From Octopus sinensis (Eukaryota), in contig NC_043004.1 in NCBI RefSeq assembly GCF_006345805.1, positions 62,248,001 to 62,312,000 of the forward strand: a stretch of DNA of 64,000 bases. Direction: 5' to 3'. This document shows, piece by piece, positions 14,160-27,552 of the stretch. Position numbers and translations under genes: made by a program. Each line of letters begins with the position of its first letter. Within the stretch, counting starts at the first letter, position 1. The notes under the pieces are model-generated. The model did no database searches. It was given only the letters and a program-made list of their open reading frames with translations, and was not told the DNA's origin.

Positions 14160-15795
14160 TTTTATGTTTGACTTTTGCTTTACATTTCACCCAGAAACTT
14201 CAAGAGACAACAAGTTCGAAGTTCATTCTGGTGTTATGCCTAGGGTGCCATTTATTTGGTTTTGTACATAGTGTTGTTCTAGAATCTGGAGAATGTTTAA
14301 GAAGCTGTAAGAAAATTGTTTGTTTTAAAACTTGAGATTACATAGAAAGTATTTTGCGTAGGATATGAGCAGTTCCTATCAGCAATATCTTTAGAATTTT
14401 TGGCATTTTGGGGTTTCCTGGTATCTGAGCTAGGTAGCAATCAGCCCCTTTTGCTATCATTCCCAGGGCACCTGTGACATGTATTGTTTAGTCTTCAGGT
14501 TCCACATTTTGCTAATTTCTATTTCAAGATCTTTATATTTGGTCAGTTTTTGGTAGGTCTTGACAGATAGGTTTATATCGATTGGGACAGTCATATTAAT
14601 GAGGTGGCATAATTTTTGTCTGAAGTCTTTCAATATGATGTCTAACCTATTCGCATCTATCTGTCTGTCAGTTTGAATGGGAAAGTTTCAGAGGAATGAC
14701 ATGTGATCATTTTCAAGCACTGTAGGTGCTTTGTGTTCCCACCAGTTTTTTATCATGGGGCAAGTCCAGGCTTTTGAAAATAACCCAATGAATATATTGT
14801 GCAGCTGTATCATGCCTGTTGAGATACCCTGTAGGCGCAAGAAGACTGCACTTAGATACAACATGATCAATGGTTTCATTTTGTTGTTTACATAAACGAC
14901 ATGTTGGGCTACTGCCGTTCTTTAATATGTTGGCCTTGTAGTTCCCTGTAGGTAGGCATTGATATTGAGATGCTATGATAGACCTTTCTGTTTCAGATTT
15001 TAAGCCATTATCCATTATCCATTGATGAGTCAGGGCTTTGTCAACATCTGCATTATTCGCTCACTTTGCGTATTTGCGATTGAGAGGTTTTTCTTGCTAT
15101 TTATCAGTCAGGACATCTAAGGCAGTAGTTTTAGCACTGTTTTCATGCGCTTAGCTTTTTCTGCGTTTGTTTCTCGTATGTCTAATTCCGGAATCCGTTG
15201 TATTTGGAATTCACTTAGATATTCCTTTGCCTGATTTGTTACTGAGTATGAAGCTTTCCTGTTTTCATGTCTTGAGACAAGTTTTAACATCTAGTCCTCA
15301 GAGTTTTTCAGGTAGGTGTGTTGGCCAATGGTGACAATCTTCATTGTTAATTTAAGTTGTAATATCTGCAGCCTCCGACTTTTATTGCCAGATAAAGTCG
15401 TTCTATATCCAGCTTAGGGTGGTGCATTATATGCATTGTCAACTATTTTCGTATTTCAGTTAACCAATTAATGATATTGAAAATGTAAGTCATGACAGGT
15501 ATGTTTAAGGTATTCATCGCTTCGATCCTGTTTCTTGCATTCCGCTCTGTCTTGAGTATTGCGCTTACCCTGCGATAAAATTCTCTTCTGATCTTTTCTC
15601 TCATCACTGAATGTTTGATTCCGTCCCCTTCAAATACTCCTAGATATTAGTAGCTCTTCGCTAGTTCTAACTCCTTTAGGGTATTTTGCTGGTCAAGGTT
15701 AACGTTATATTTTCATTTGATAAAGGTAGCTTTTACACATTTACAGCGGCCAAATTGCATTCTGATGTCATCACTGAAATGTTTAACAATCACTT
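14160..15795 (-). mobile_element. R4/Dong-type LINE, 5'-truncated (RT end, thumb, CCHC, RLE, 3' UTR; family 1)
   Basis: ORF 14713..15015: GLKSETE..IIASQYQCLPT.NYKANILKNGSSPTCRLCKQQNETIDHVVSKC. MHHPKLDIERLY near 15400; DDIRMQFG near 15765. TTA tracts at both ends. Confidence 0.9.
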
Positions 15796-15798
15796 TAA

Positions 15799-15836
<38 letters not shown>

Positions 15837-16039
15837 GACTGAGAGAGAAGTGCATACAATCAAAATAACACTCATCATGACTACCCGTCTGATAACGTCA
15901 AACAACTGACAAGCAAACCTGTGGTATTGTGCAGAATATTTACAGTAGCCTATCTTTTATGCCAAGACAAAACAATATACGAGATAACACTTCCAATCAG
16001 TTAAGATATGAAGCCATGAGAGCCACTGCTTTGTACAGA

Positions 16040-16040
<1 letters not shown>
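15837..16040 (-). repeat. Non-coding (TAA)n-associated repeat, internally deleted copy with both ends
   Basis: Starts GACTGAGAGAGAAGTGCAT and ends GAGAGCCACTGC; the centre is missing; (TTA)n on both sides. Confidence 0.75.
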
Positions 16041-16089
<49 letters not shown>

Positions 16090-16259
16090 TTTTTTTTTCT
16101 TCTTTCAAATTTTCTTCCATTCTTGCCGAGTGTCTTCCCGACTCCTAGGGCAAAGAAACTCATAGTGTATATTGGTAGGCCATTAAACCAAACTCAGTAG
16201 TTCGTTCATTTTTTTTTTTTTAAGTTAAATTAAAATACATGAGCAACAACAGTTCTCAC

Positions 16260-16302
16260 ATCGACAATGCTCTTCTCATGTGTGATGTACCAGTTATTAT
16301 TA

Positions 16303-16348
<46 letters not shown>

Positions 16349-16480
16349 GTTATCCTTATTATTATTATTATTATATTATTATTTTGTTGTTGTTGTTGTT
16401 ATTGTTGTTGCTGCTGTTGTTGTTATTGTTATTGTTATTAACATCATCATCATTATCATCATCGTCATCATTATTACTAT
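16260..16480. repeat. Compound TTA/TTG/ATC microsatellite
   Basis: Direct reading. Confidence 0.95.
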
Positions 16481-16484
16481 ATGA

Positions 16485-17385
16485 TTGATTTTGTATTTAT
16501 ACAATTTGCCTCCATGTCTCACCCAGAGACCTCAAGAGAAAACAAGTTAGAAGCTCATATTGATGTTATTCCTAGGGTGCCATATATTTGGTTTTCTACA
16601 TAGTATGGTTACAGAGAAGTTTTAAAAAATAAAAAAAATATGAGTTGTGTTAATATTTAAGGTTACATTCACAGTATTTTACGTGGGATATGGGCAATTC
16701 CCATGAGCACTGTCTTCAGGTATCAGCCTGTTTTTTCGATAATTCCTAGATCACCTATAACAACGGGCATTGTATTAGTCTTCGGGTTCCACTTTTAGGC
16801 AATTTCTATTTCAAGATCTTTGTAGTTGCTCAGTTTTTGATAGGTCTTGACAGATACATTTATATCGATTGGGACAGTCTTATGGAAGAGGAGGCATGCC
16901 GTTTGTCTGAAGTCTTTCAATGTAATGTCTGGACTATATGCATCTATATTTCTGTCAGTTTGAATGGTGAAGTTTCAAAGGAGTGAAATGTGATCATTTT
17001 AAGCACTGGAAGTAGTTTGCGTTCCCAGTTGTGCAGTTCTATCATGCCTGTTGAGATACTATGCAAGTTCAAGAGAACTGAACTCAGAGACAATATTTTG
17101 TTGTTGCCATACACATGTTGAGCGGCTGCCGTTCTTTAATATATAGGCCTGGTAGTTTCTTATAGGTAGGCATTGATGTTGCGCCCTATTGATACACCCT
17201 TCTGTTTCTGATTGGAAGCCAGAAACCATTAACCCTTGATGAGTAAGTGCTTTTTCAACATCGCTATTATTATCACCCTTTGGGAGGTTTTTCGTGCCAT
17301 TTTCAGTAAGAATATCTAAGGCAGCAGTTTTAGCACAGGTTTTTTCATAAGCTTCGATTTTTCTGTGCTCGATTCTAGTACAACT
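16485..17385 (-). mobile_element. R4/Dong-type LINE 3' fragment (family 1)
   Basis: Colinear homology to 44270-45330, from the 3' UTR to AATATCTAAGGCAGCAGTTTTAGCAC. Confidence 0.85.
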
Positions 17386-17391
17386 AATTCT

Positions 17392-17750
17392 GGCTGACGA
17401 TATCTACATATCTGATCATGAGCAGAAGTAGTGGAGGAGCATCATAGCCGTGTGTTGAAAGGAATTCTTAGAGTTTTCGATAATGCACTTTGGAAACATG
17501 GGTGTTTCGTTCAACATCCTTATTCAGGAACATTTTGAGCGGGATGTGTTACTCGACCTGAAGAAAATTCTACCTGGGCCTCACCTGTAAGGTCATCTGC
17601 TGTTTATCTTGATATGAGGTCCTCATGTCGCGCACATGTGGTTGTGATGCATGTGTATGTTTATCAGACGGGTAGTCATGATGGGTATACTGGGCTTCGT
17701 ATATTTTACTCCAGTGTCACTTTAATGGCTTGCACTGCTTTCTCACTCAG
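17392..17750 (+). repeat. Non-coding (TAA)n-associated repeat (opposite orientation to 2866)
   Basis: Reverse-complement match to 2866-3240; ends ...GCACTGCTTTCTCACTCAG followed by (TAA)n. Confidence 0.8.
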
Positions 17751-17755
17751 TAATA

Positions 17756-17797
<42 letters not shown>

Positions 17798-17831
17798 TAA
17801 TAATAATAATAATAATAATAATGATAATAAT

Positions 17832-18260
17832 ATTCCCTGATACAGTACTATACCCTAATACATTAACATGTAATGGCAGTCATGTCTTCTAATTTGAGTT
17901 GATTGGAAGTATTACCATCTACATGTTTTGTCTTGTTATAGAAATGAGCAGCAGCAAAGATTCTGCTCTCTTTCACTGATTTGCTTGTCAGATGCTTAAC
18001 CAGAACCTGTTGAACATGCATATTTTGGATGACAATATACGCATCTCTGATCACGAGCAGAAGTAGTAGGGGTGCACCATCGTCTTGTGTTGAGTGGAAT
18101 TCTTTGGGGCTTGAAAGATTCATCACAGGAAACATGGATGTTTTGTACCTCATTCTTAAACAACCCTCATTGAGTGACCTTTCAGGCGGTGTGAGTATAT
18201 TGGGCCTCGTACATTTGTATGTCAGTGTCACTTTGGTAGTATGTGCTGCTCTCTCATCCA
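17832..18260 (+). repeat. Non-coding (TAA)n-associated repeat, both ends present, diverged
   Basis: TTCCCTGATACAGTAC...GTCACTTTGGTAGTATGTGCTGCTCTCTCATCC, with (TAA)n on both sides. Confidence 0.75.
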
Positions 18261-18299
18261 ATAATAATAATAATATCAATAATAAGAAGAAAAAGAAAG

Positions 18300-19710
18300 T
18301 TTTAGGAGGGGTAACTATATGAATAATAGATTCACAGATAGTGAAATAATCACGATCAAGCACACAGCAGAAAGTTACCGAAATATAAAGCAGCAAGTAA
18401 ATGAAAAATCAGATGAAATGAGCAGTTCTCCACGAGTGTTAATTGAAAACTTGTCATCTAATCAAAACACGCAAACACCTGATATAGATAGGTGGGAAAG
18501 TTGTAAGGAAATAGTATTTGAAGACCACACATTTGTTGAAAAGTACAGAGAATCTATGATGGACATGAAGCATAAAATCCTGAATAAGCCTGCTGTTGTA
18601 CGTCATGCAATCATACATAATGGAGAACCTCTACCTGATCTCTCAAATACAAAACATAATAAAAGGCAAATTAAATTCGCAACTATGTAACAAAAAGTCA
18701 TGCAATAATTTTAAGCTGATATTACTGAGTTAAATGATATTATTTATGCATTTAAACCAGATTATGACTCTCAAAATCAAAGGAGACCTGCTCTGGGAAG
18801 GATTTCAATCTGGGAAAGTAAAATTAAAACATATGGAATTAATGGGAGGTGAAATATCAATATTCATTGAACTAAATTGTGGAAATATTTAAGATCCAGA
18901 AAGGGCAGAAAAAGTAAAAGAAAATGTAGGTTATCGCCAAAGGGAGATCTTTTTTGAAGAAAATAAACTCTAAAACAGAAAACCTGAGCAAAAGATTCAA
19001 GAATATGACGATTTTGAAAGAAAAACACGTTTTACAAGCAAAATAAGCTGTTCGCATCCTATGGCCGTTTTCAACAGGAATATCAACGAAATACATAAGC
19101 TTGACAGGAAAATACTTAACCTGCTGATTTGCCATAATATGCCCCACCAAAAGAAAGACGCCGATCGTCTTAATCATTCCAGAACGCGAGAAGGTCGAGT
19201 TTTGATCGTATTTGAAATCTCTTACAAAATCACAACAATTTGAATGGCTAGATATCTTTAAGCCTGTAACTTAAGCACGTTCAAAATCAGGAGCGATGTA
19301 AGGAGCTTCATTTTGTCCTGAAGGAGATCAAAAAGTTTACTAGTGAGTTTATGCACAATACCCACTATGAAACGCTTGAGAAAGTGCTGCAACCGCTGTT
19401 GCAATGAAAAAGGTGAAATCAAGAGCGAAGAAATAAGCGTATGAACAATTTAGCCGATAAATGGGCATAAAATCTCTGCATGGCAAATATGTGAACCGTG
19501 GCAAACAAGCCGGTGTATATCATAAGCATGGCCATCAGTGGCTACGGAGCTCATGGCTAAAGGCACAAAGCGAAGTTTTCAACTTAACGCTCAAGATCAG
19601 AGCTTGATGACCCTGAACTACCAAGCCCATGTAATGAAAAATGGAGTAGACTCAAAGTACCGATTCTGCAAGGATGGGATTAGAAAAGTGGACTACCTAA
19701 TCAATTGTTC
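18300..19710 (+). mobile_element. R4-type LINE relic: N-terminal domain joined to thumb/CCHC region, RT core missing
   Basis: NNRFTDSEI..IK and EPLPDL N-terminal motifs; LDRKILNLL..HNMPHQKKDADRL...REGRVL thumb; HGKY...HQWLRSS; degenerate knuckle near 19660. Confidence 0.7.
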
Positions 19711-19711
19711 A

Positions 19712-19815
19712 TAGTCGGCATCGCCAAAATTTGAACTCACAACGTAACAGCAGACGAAATACCGGTAACTATTTCTTCGGGCGTGCTAACGATTCTCCCA
19801 GAATGCCGCTTTCAG
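19712..19815 (-). mobile_element. tRNA-derived SINE family B, 5' fragment
   Basis: AATTTGAACTCACAACGTAACAGCAGACGAAATACC...CGTGCTAACGATTCT matches 63045-63115. Confidence 0.7.
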
Positions 19816-19854
19816 TTATAACAATAATAATGATAATACTATATCTAAGTGACC

Positions 19855-20590
19855 GCGATAAGCTAGAAGAAGACCTATGATAGAATTACCGTTAGCTGGG
19901 TAAACAATGGCCAGAAAATGTTCAAAGTCTTAGTGGTAATAAGGAATTTTATTCCTCATACAATGAATCTCTGGAACACGACGTTAATTTTTAACACTAA
20001 CACAGCAAATATAAACTCGGGAGAACTATTTATGACTTGCTGAATATTTCAAGGAGACTCATTATCCCCTCTGTTAGTCTGATTAGCAATGCTTCCTCTA
20101 AGTTTCTAAATGAAACGAATTAATGATATAGAGTGTATGGATATATTAAATAATCATCTCCTCTATATGAATGATTTGAAATTGTTCGCAAAAAATTACG
20201 AACAGCTGCAAGCACTCCTACACAATGACAAACAATTCAGTGATAGAATCAAAACAGAATTTAGGCTTCTCAAGTGCACGAAAATTATATTCGTCAAAGA
20301 AAATCTATTAAACACATACAACATCCCTCTAGATAGAGATACCGGGAAAATATTACAGCCTGTGGGCAGTTATAGGTAACAAGTATTATGAGAATGAAAT
20401 AGCATTAAATATTCGCTAATGAAAGTAAAGTTAAAGTAAGAAATGCTACCCAAAAGTAAGTGTCATTCGGAAAACTGCTAACGTTAGACACAAAAATGAA
20501 GAAGTATACACATTTTCAATGACTTTAATCGCATCAAGATTCAGTATTACAAACTTCCGTATTATAAACTGGTCAAAAATACGAAAGCTG
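19855..20590 (+). mobile_element. R4-type RT core fragment (domains 3-7)
   Basis: KTYDRI (YKKAYD-like), IFQGDSLSPL, NHLLYMNDLKLFAK, FSDRIKTEFRLLKC, and IINW. Confidence 0.8.
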
Positions 20591-21534
20591 ATGACACTTT
20601 GATGGTATGCACCGCTCTCTCGCTCAATAATAACAAGAAGAAGGAGAAGGAGAAAATGAGGAGTAGGAGGAGGAGGACACTGCAATGTTTCTGTATGTAA
20701 AATTTTAAAATTCTAATTTCATATATTTATACAAGACCTTTATATATATTCACCTAGCCGTTTCTTCTCGGTCTCACGCTGATATAACTACGAACGAAAC
20801 ATCGACAAATGTCCATGGGGGGTGTTCAGATAAAAAAAGTAAACACTGTAAAAATGAACAATAAAATGAACCACTGTAAAAACTATAACCATAAATACTA
20901 TGAAATAGTTGATTTATGATTTACACACACTATTATGCAACACTCCTACAAAAACATACAGGAATAAATTCATACCTTAAATACGCAACAAAATGAATAA
21001 TGCCCACAAGAAAGGAAATCATTAAACAGCATGGACGTGTACAGCGTGCTGCCGGGAAGATAGAAAAAAATCAAAATCAATCACCCAGCCGGAATTAAGA
21101 ATCCGCAAAATCAGTGAAAGTAAACTATTTTTAATATAAGCCATGTCAAAAAACTGAAAGATTTTTTCTGATACGGAGTATATATATATACAAAAATTAC
21201 CTTCCCCTCAGGCAGTAATATGTGCGTAAAAATGTAATCTTTACAATATTTCTAATCGAAAACTGCAAATCTGGGAGTAACATTATAAATTTTCAATTTT
21301 AAAATTCAATTACTCCATATTTATACAAGATTTCTATATATTTGCAGCCATGGGATTTTCTGCCAACCTGCCACAAACAATTTCATGGTAAAATTGAGTC
21401 TGGCACATGAAGATTCCAAAAACCCTTATACTCAGTGCCAAAAGTGGCTAGAATATATTCTTTTTGGCACTGCTGTTTATTATCGGTCTCTCGCTAGAGA
21501 GACTTTACGATACAGTGTGACTCTTTAATCGATG

Positions 21535-22010
21535 CTCGTAGAACGGATAATGTTTTGATAGATAAAGGAGAAAGGAAACCAAAGTAAGACATATTGCAAT
21601 ACCTGGGGATGCATGAATAAGGGACAAAGAAGAAGAAAATATTGAAAATTACACACTACTAAAAGACGAAATTATAAGAATGTGGACTATGAGCAAAGTG
21701 TCTGTCATTCCAGTTGTTGTAAGGGCAGTCGGATCACAAACAACCAATTTTGAATAGAATGTCAGAGAAACTGGAATTGCTTTGAGAGCAAAACAAGCCC
21801 CAAAGACTCTGCCCACATACGGGGACAGCTAGGATTTTGAGATTGGTACTTAGTTGTTGAGTGTCTCCCACGGTAATTAACAACCAAGTATCAAAGCATG
21901 TGCGGAAAGCGACGCTGTGAGACCTCTGAGAGCAGGTTGCTGTCTGCTCTCACAGAATGTACCAGAACAAACAATTGCACGCGTTCTGAGAGGTAAAAGA
22001 ATAATAATAC
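21535..22010 (+). mobile_element. R4-type LINE 3' end (family 3: RLE remnant + 3' UTR ending in AATAATAAT)
   Basis: Frameshifted RTDNVLIDKG...DIAIPGD...EIIRMWTMSKVSVIPVVV.AVG...GTARILRLVL*. The UTR has the hairpin TGAGAGCAG/CTGCTCTCA. Confidence 0.7.
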
Positions 22011-23836
22011 TAAGAGTAAAAATAACAAGACCCAACAACAAGTTATGCACCTGCCATTTACACATTCCTTTCCTCTCTGGATATGTATCTTGTTTGATCA
22101 TGCCATTATAGCGCCTTCTGTCTGTGCTATCATTGTCTTAGAGTTTATCAATTCTGATGCGCTAGAGTATTTCAATTTAGATTAAAGGTATGTTTGCTCA
22201 CCTTTGAACACTCAAGTCTAAGCTGAATCTATCATTTCTCTCATAGATACAGAATAAATGCTTCCTTAAATAGTAACTTATATGGACAGGTCAATACGCT
22301 GTCTTTTCGTTGTGGAAAAACATAAATAAAGCTGTGCTGTTTTCAAAGAAGTATCTCATTCACAAATATCTCGGAAACTCTTCAAATAAAATACTCAAAT
22401 TTGTTAGAAATGCAAGGCCTCACAATGCCTGACAGTTTTTCCTCTCCTCTCACATACATATCATAGCAAATTAAACGGACGAGAGGAATATTGTTCCAGT
22501 TTTTGGTTTGATTGTATACAATTCCCATTGAATATTTGCACCGAACTAAGTAAATGTTACTTCTACTCTTGAGGCAGGATAGTAACTACATACAGAAACA
22601 TTCCACACGCAACCGCAACTGCAATACGAGTCACAACAACAAGCTCATAACACACATCATCCTAGGACATAATAAGTTCTGTCTCATCTATGCGTCTGTC
22701 CGTTCAAAGCAACACGAAAATTTACTCTTATGAAATTGTGTATGCACATCATTATTTATGTTGAATGATGTCGTATATATTTCGCCGTAATAGCCCCGCA
22801 CAAAACGTTTCAAACATTTCGTCCACTACAATTCCTCAAATGTATGAATATCCTCTCCGATCATATTTTCCGGCAATCCGAATTCTTTATTTTCAGGTTG
22901 AATATCAACTAATATCACTCAATCAGTTTTCAAATAAACCAAAAGGGCATGATTAATACCGCTTTCCAAACTGAGGTAAAAAATATTTCCTGTTTTCTTT
23001 GCTTTTGAAATCATGCCGTGATTGCTTTTACATATCCATCAGTAAGCGAATAAATAACTAGTCATGAAAGAAGTAACCTATTTCGCCATAATTTAGTGCT
23101 TATTTCGTTTAATCCTATGTAATAGAAATAACTGATTCACCTCCAAGATACTCAAATCTGCATTTAGCCATCTTGTGGTCGGTAAAATATAATCAAAATA
23201 GTAACAGAGCCTACATAAAACTAACAGAATGTATCGTTAACATGTCATGTAATGGAGTTGCAATATCTTTACTATTTTATCTTCCGAGACAAAATCCATC
23301 CGAAGTTGACTTGGCTTCTTTACTACATGAGTATAATAAAATAATTGTCAGTTATGTTTTACACAATTACACTTTGTCCATATACACAGTGCTTGGCGAA
23401 TGCAAACGGGTTTTCTGTAAGAGAAAGTTATTGAAAAGACAATGATTAAAAAAATAATGAGTAATAACTAGCATAAATTATGCATCAAAGAAGATAATTT
23501 GAGGCAGAGCTTACTAACCAGTTTTTATTTGAAAAATTAAAAGGTAGAAATGGACCGAGAGTGAGCTAAAAGCCCAACTTATTAGACTGATATTTACTAT
23601 GAAATGATGTGTGTGCTCCTTTTCCAATTCTGCCCAGATACATTTTGTCTCGCATTTATCCAACGTTGAAAGAATGAAAAGCAACTTAAGTAATATTAAT
23701 TTAGCCGACTATGACATATTTTATGAATGTGTGCGTAGGTTAATGATAAAAGTAGACAACGAAAAAAAATCTTATGATATGCAAGCATTGTAAAAAAACG
23801 ATTGTATATTTCATCCAAAGAAAAATATACCGGATA

Positions 23837-23870
<34 letters not shown>

Positions 23871-25108
23871 GAATCCTAAAATAATACGCGTTCTAAGCAT
23901 CGTCCATTGTTTTCATTTTCACCTCAGTTTGAAGATTTTGTTAGAATTTTCCATATTGTTCTCGAAAATAACTTCCGAGTACGTCACTCTTCTGTCAAAA
24001 TTATGTGTAATAGATGATAATGTTTTCTTGTTTTTGAATAATATTTCCTCTTTTTGACGAAATGTAAATGTCGACAGGTTTATTACGAAATATATAATAA
24101 TGAGTTTAAAAGAGGAATAGATTGACTGCGTCAGCACATACTTCGTTTCGTACAGTTCTTTTATTCCTTGAAATGTTTACTTATGGTACATTTAGAGTAA
24201 CTTCATTGTTCGTACATAATATCACGTTTTGCTAGATCCCGCTTCACTTCAGGCGTTTCATTGTCACTTTTGTATTATCTCACTCAAAGCTATGTGAAGC
24301 GATCACTTTGATAATCTATCCGAATACTGTATTTATCTTTTGCATTTATTTGCATTTATCTTTTCCATATACAGAGGTATTTTCAGTTAAATTAAAGTAT
24401 TCCCATCAGTTAGAATATATTCAAACACTAAATATAAAATACATCAAACATTATTCCAATACCATGACATGTATTTAGAAGCCTTGTCTTGCGGGGATTT
24501 CAGTCGATCAAATGGAGAAGAATTACGAGTAATCAAACAAGTTAGTACAAAATTAGTATGCATATTAAAAACATTTCATAAAGTAAGTTTTCGCTGTCCA
24601 GTGTCAGTTAGGAAAATTCTAAGCAGATTTTATTAATTTCTTGTAAAATCAATTAATGCAAAGATAGTTTGCATGGCCGTAAACCAAATGAACGGAATCA
24701 TCAGCATATATATGAATATGGACGATTAGATAAGAATGTCAATTCTTACTCTATTTAGAAACTTTGCTCTTCTCTTGTGTTGGCAAGCAATTTTTGAAAT
24801 ATTTTAGTTTTAAACTCGAGTCCGATTTATGCAGTAGACAACACTACGCAGATAATTTACATTATATATTCCGTTCTCTTTGTATGGAATCAGTCAATGT
24901 ATGTTAATTTTATAATTTCCATTAGCTGTCTATAACCCTTCTATATTGACAGCATTAATAAGGTGAAGTGATAAAATAATAGGAAAAAATTATACAGCTG
25001 CAATATAAAGGCATAGCATTTGAATGCTTTTGTATTAAAATATCTTTGCAAAAGATATAAACAAATATATAAACACATACATACAAACACACACACACAC
25101 ACACACAC

Positions 25109-25161
<53 letters not shown>

Positions 25162-25399
25162 GCAGGAAATATCAACCAAATACCTGCTCAACAAAAGCGA
25201 AAATATCGAAAGTATCGAAAGTAAAAATTGGAGAGCTGTCCCTAGGGATTGACGTCCTAAGTGTCATGTCTCCTTCAAATCATCGCTGTTGGCTTCCTTA
25301 TAGCCAACGGGGTCCAACTGGGTATCTACTGAATACTTTGGGTTGGATGATTTTGGTTTCTTTCATAGGATCTAAGATTATTGGCTAGTTCTGCGCACT

Positions 25400-26360
25400 G
25401 AGGTACTTTCTCTATGTGTGGTGCATTTGTCTTTTGATTTTAATGCGTCAAGTGATGTGTTAGTTGTCCAAACTTGGATGTTCTGATTGTTGGTGGGGAT
25501 ATTTGTGGCACGTCCTATATTGCCTGTGATGGGTTTTGTTGGTGCGCTACCTTTGCTGGGGTATGGCTTTTATCTCTTGCTCTCAGTGGGCAGAAGGCTT
25601 TGAAATGCTTTTTCTGCCCACATAGGTAGCACCTGGGTCTACGCCCCTCAACTATCACGCGCAGCTCTGCTCGGGCTGGCAGCTTTATCAGATCCCAAAT
25701 AAACTCAATCTCCCACTGTTTTGTTTTGAATTGGCATTTCAAGCTCCTGCCCTCACAAGTTCTGTTGGTGCAGTTCCTCTATCTGTAGGATGTTTGTGTT
25801 TTCCTCTACACCAAGGCGGATCAGAGCCCCGACATTTAGGACGGCAATCTCTGAGGACAGCTCCCCAATTTTTACTTTCGTTACTCTCCGACCTCAGTAG
25901 GTCGCTAGGAGCGTCAGCTCGTTCGTTTATAAGGGGACTGTAGAGTGTTCTTTTGCTTCGCTTTCCGAAGCGAATCTCACCTTCACAGTACCGTATATTT
26001 TTCTATCTCTGAAATTTTTTTGCCATTTGGTTTGTTGAAAATTTTCAATGGCTTCTTTCATATCTTGGTCAATTTTTCTTTGTTTTAATGACAGTCTTGT
26101 AAATTATGGTTTTCCGTGACAAGCGGTGTTGGATTTCCTAAGGAGACGGGGCTCAAGGTAACATTTGTGCCATCTCTTTTCAACAGATATTTGGCTTTTT
26201 TAAAGTCGTCAAAGTTGAAGTTTAGTTATAACTAATGGATTCTCGCTGCGGACGCGAAACCACGGTTGTTCCGTTTGAATTCTTCTATGACGTAGTCTTA
26301 GGTTTTGCTGATTTGTGTGTCTGTGAGAGTTACCGATAACTTTTTTCTTGGGAGAGTAAA
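25400..26360 (-). pseudogene. Degenerate LINE ORF1/gag-like fragment with CCHC zinc knuckle
   Basis: ORF 25515..25742: VIVEGRRPRCYLCGQKKHFKAFCP is C-x2-C-x4-H-x4-C, in a context typical of non-LTR ORF1 proteins. Outer boundaries are uncertain. Confidence 0.55.
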
Positions 26361-27552
26361 TCAATCTCCTACTGCTTCTCGCAACAGGGGGGAGAAGGAA
26401 ACATTTTTGAAACAGTTCGTAGATCAATTAGCTGTACACTTCAACTTTGGAGTCTTACCTTTGCTATGGATGGAAGCCATGATTGACAAAAAAAAAATGA
26501 TTAGTTGAATAGAAAACAAGGGAAAGATTTGCTTCTAAAAATTGAGACGTGTTGGGTGCAACACCTTCCCTGTCAAGCAGGGAAAGTAGGAACATTTACG
26601 AGCTCACAAAAATACGTCAGTTCGGCAGGAAATTTAATTCTTTATTTGTCACAAAGGGCTATACATACAGGACGCACAACGAGGGATAGAGACAAGTTGA
26701 CATGTGCGAATGGGTATAATAAAGAGCCGCGTCCGACTGTCTGCCTCTCTGTCCGTCTGCCCGTCACACTTCAGTATTAAAGTAGAAAGAAATTCAAGTA
26801 CTTAATTACAGAGGAAAAATTCTATTTAAATGGAAGAGAAAGAGAAAATGTGAGATAGATAGAGAGAGAAAGAGAGAGACTGGTTAGTGAAAGGAAGATG
26901 TTTATCACTATTTTCAGAGCAGACGGATACCTACAAGGAAAAACAGATACATAGCTAAAAAAAAGTAGATTCATAGATACATACACAGATTTTAAAATTA
27001 AAAGCGGGAGAGAGGAGAGACACAGAGGAAGTGAGACAGAAAGAGAGAAAGTTAGACAAACAGTAGATATGTAGATGAAATTAAAAAAGTTGGTACACAG
27101 ATACATAAACTCAGATTGCCGTATTGTAACGGTGAGCGGCATTAGGGACTGTTTTCTCTTATCTGTTACACTTTCTGCAACTGATACTCCAACAAGACAG
27201 CTATGCAGTCACCCGACTAGCGATAAATAGCAATTAATCTCCTTCTAATGATACTCTCCTCTGTTAGTGCATGTGAGTAACATGGTTGGATTATAACGCC
27301 AATACTAGGATAAGAAAGAAGATGAGAGAAAATAAAATGAAATAACTATTTAAAAGTCACTAAATGTACGAGTACAAGGAAGTTTGATGTTCTGAAATAG
27401 GTGGATGAGTAATAAAAGATTTTGAGGTTCACAAGTATGAAAATACTAAAGGTTCGTGGATATCAAAGTCTGAAAGTTAAAGGAGTGTGGAAGGTAATTC
27501 TACTTAAATTAATTATTACCTGTATGTTTTAACAAATAGTTGCTTATTAAAA

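Noticed and set aside
22100-24900. Apparently unique sequence that might hold host exons
   Set aside because: No ORF with recognisable similarity and no convincing splice-bounded exon. Small exons cannot be excluded without RNA data.
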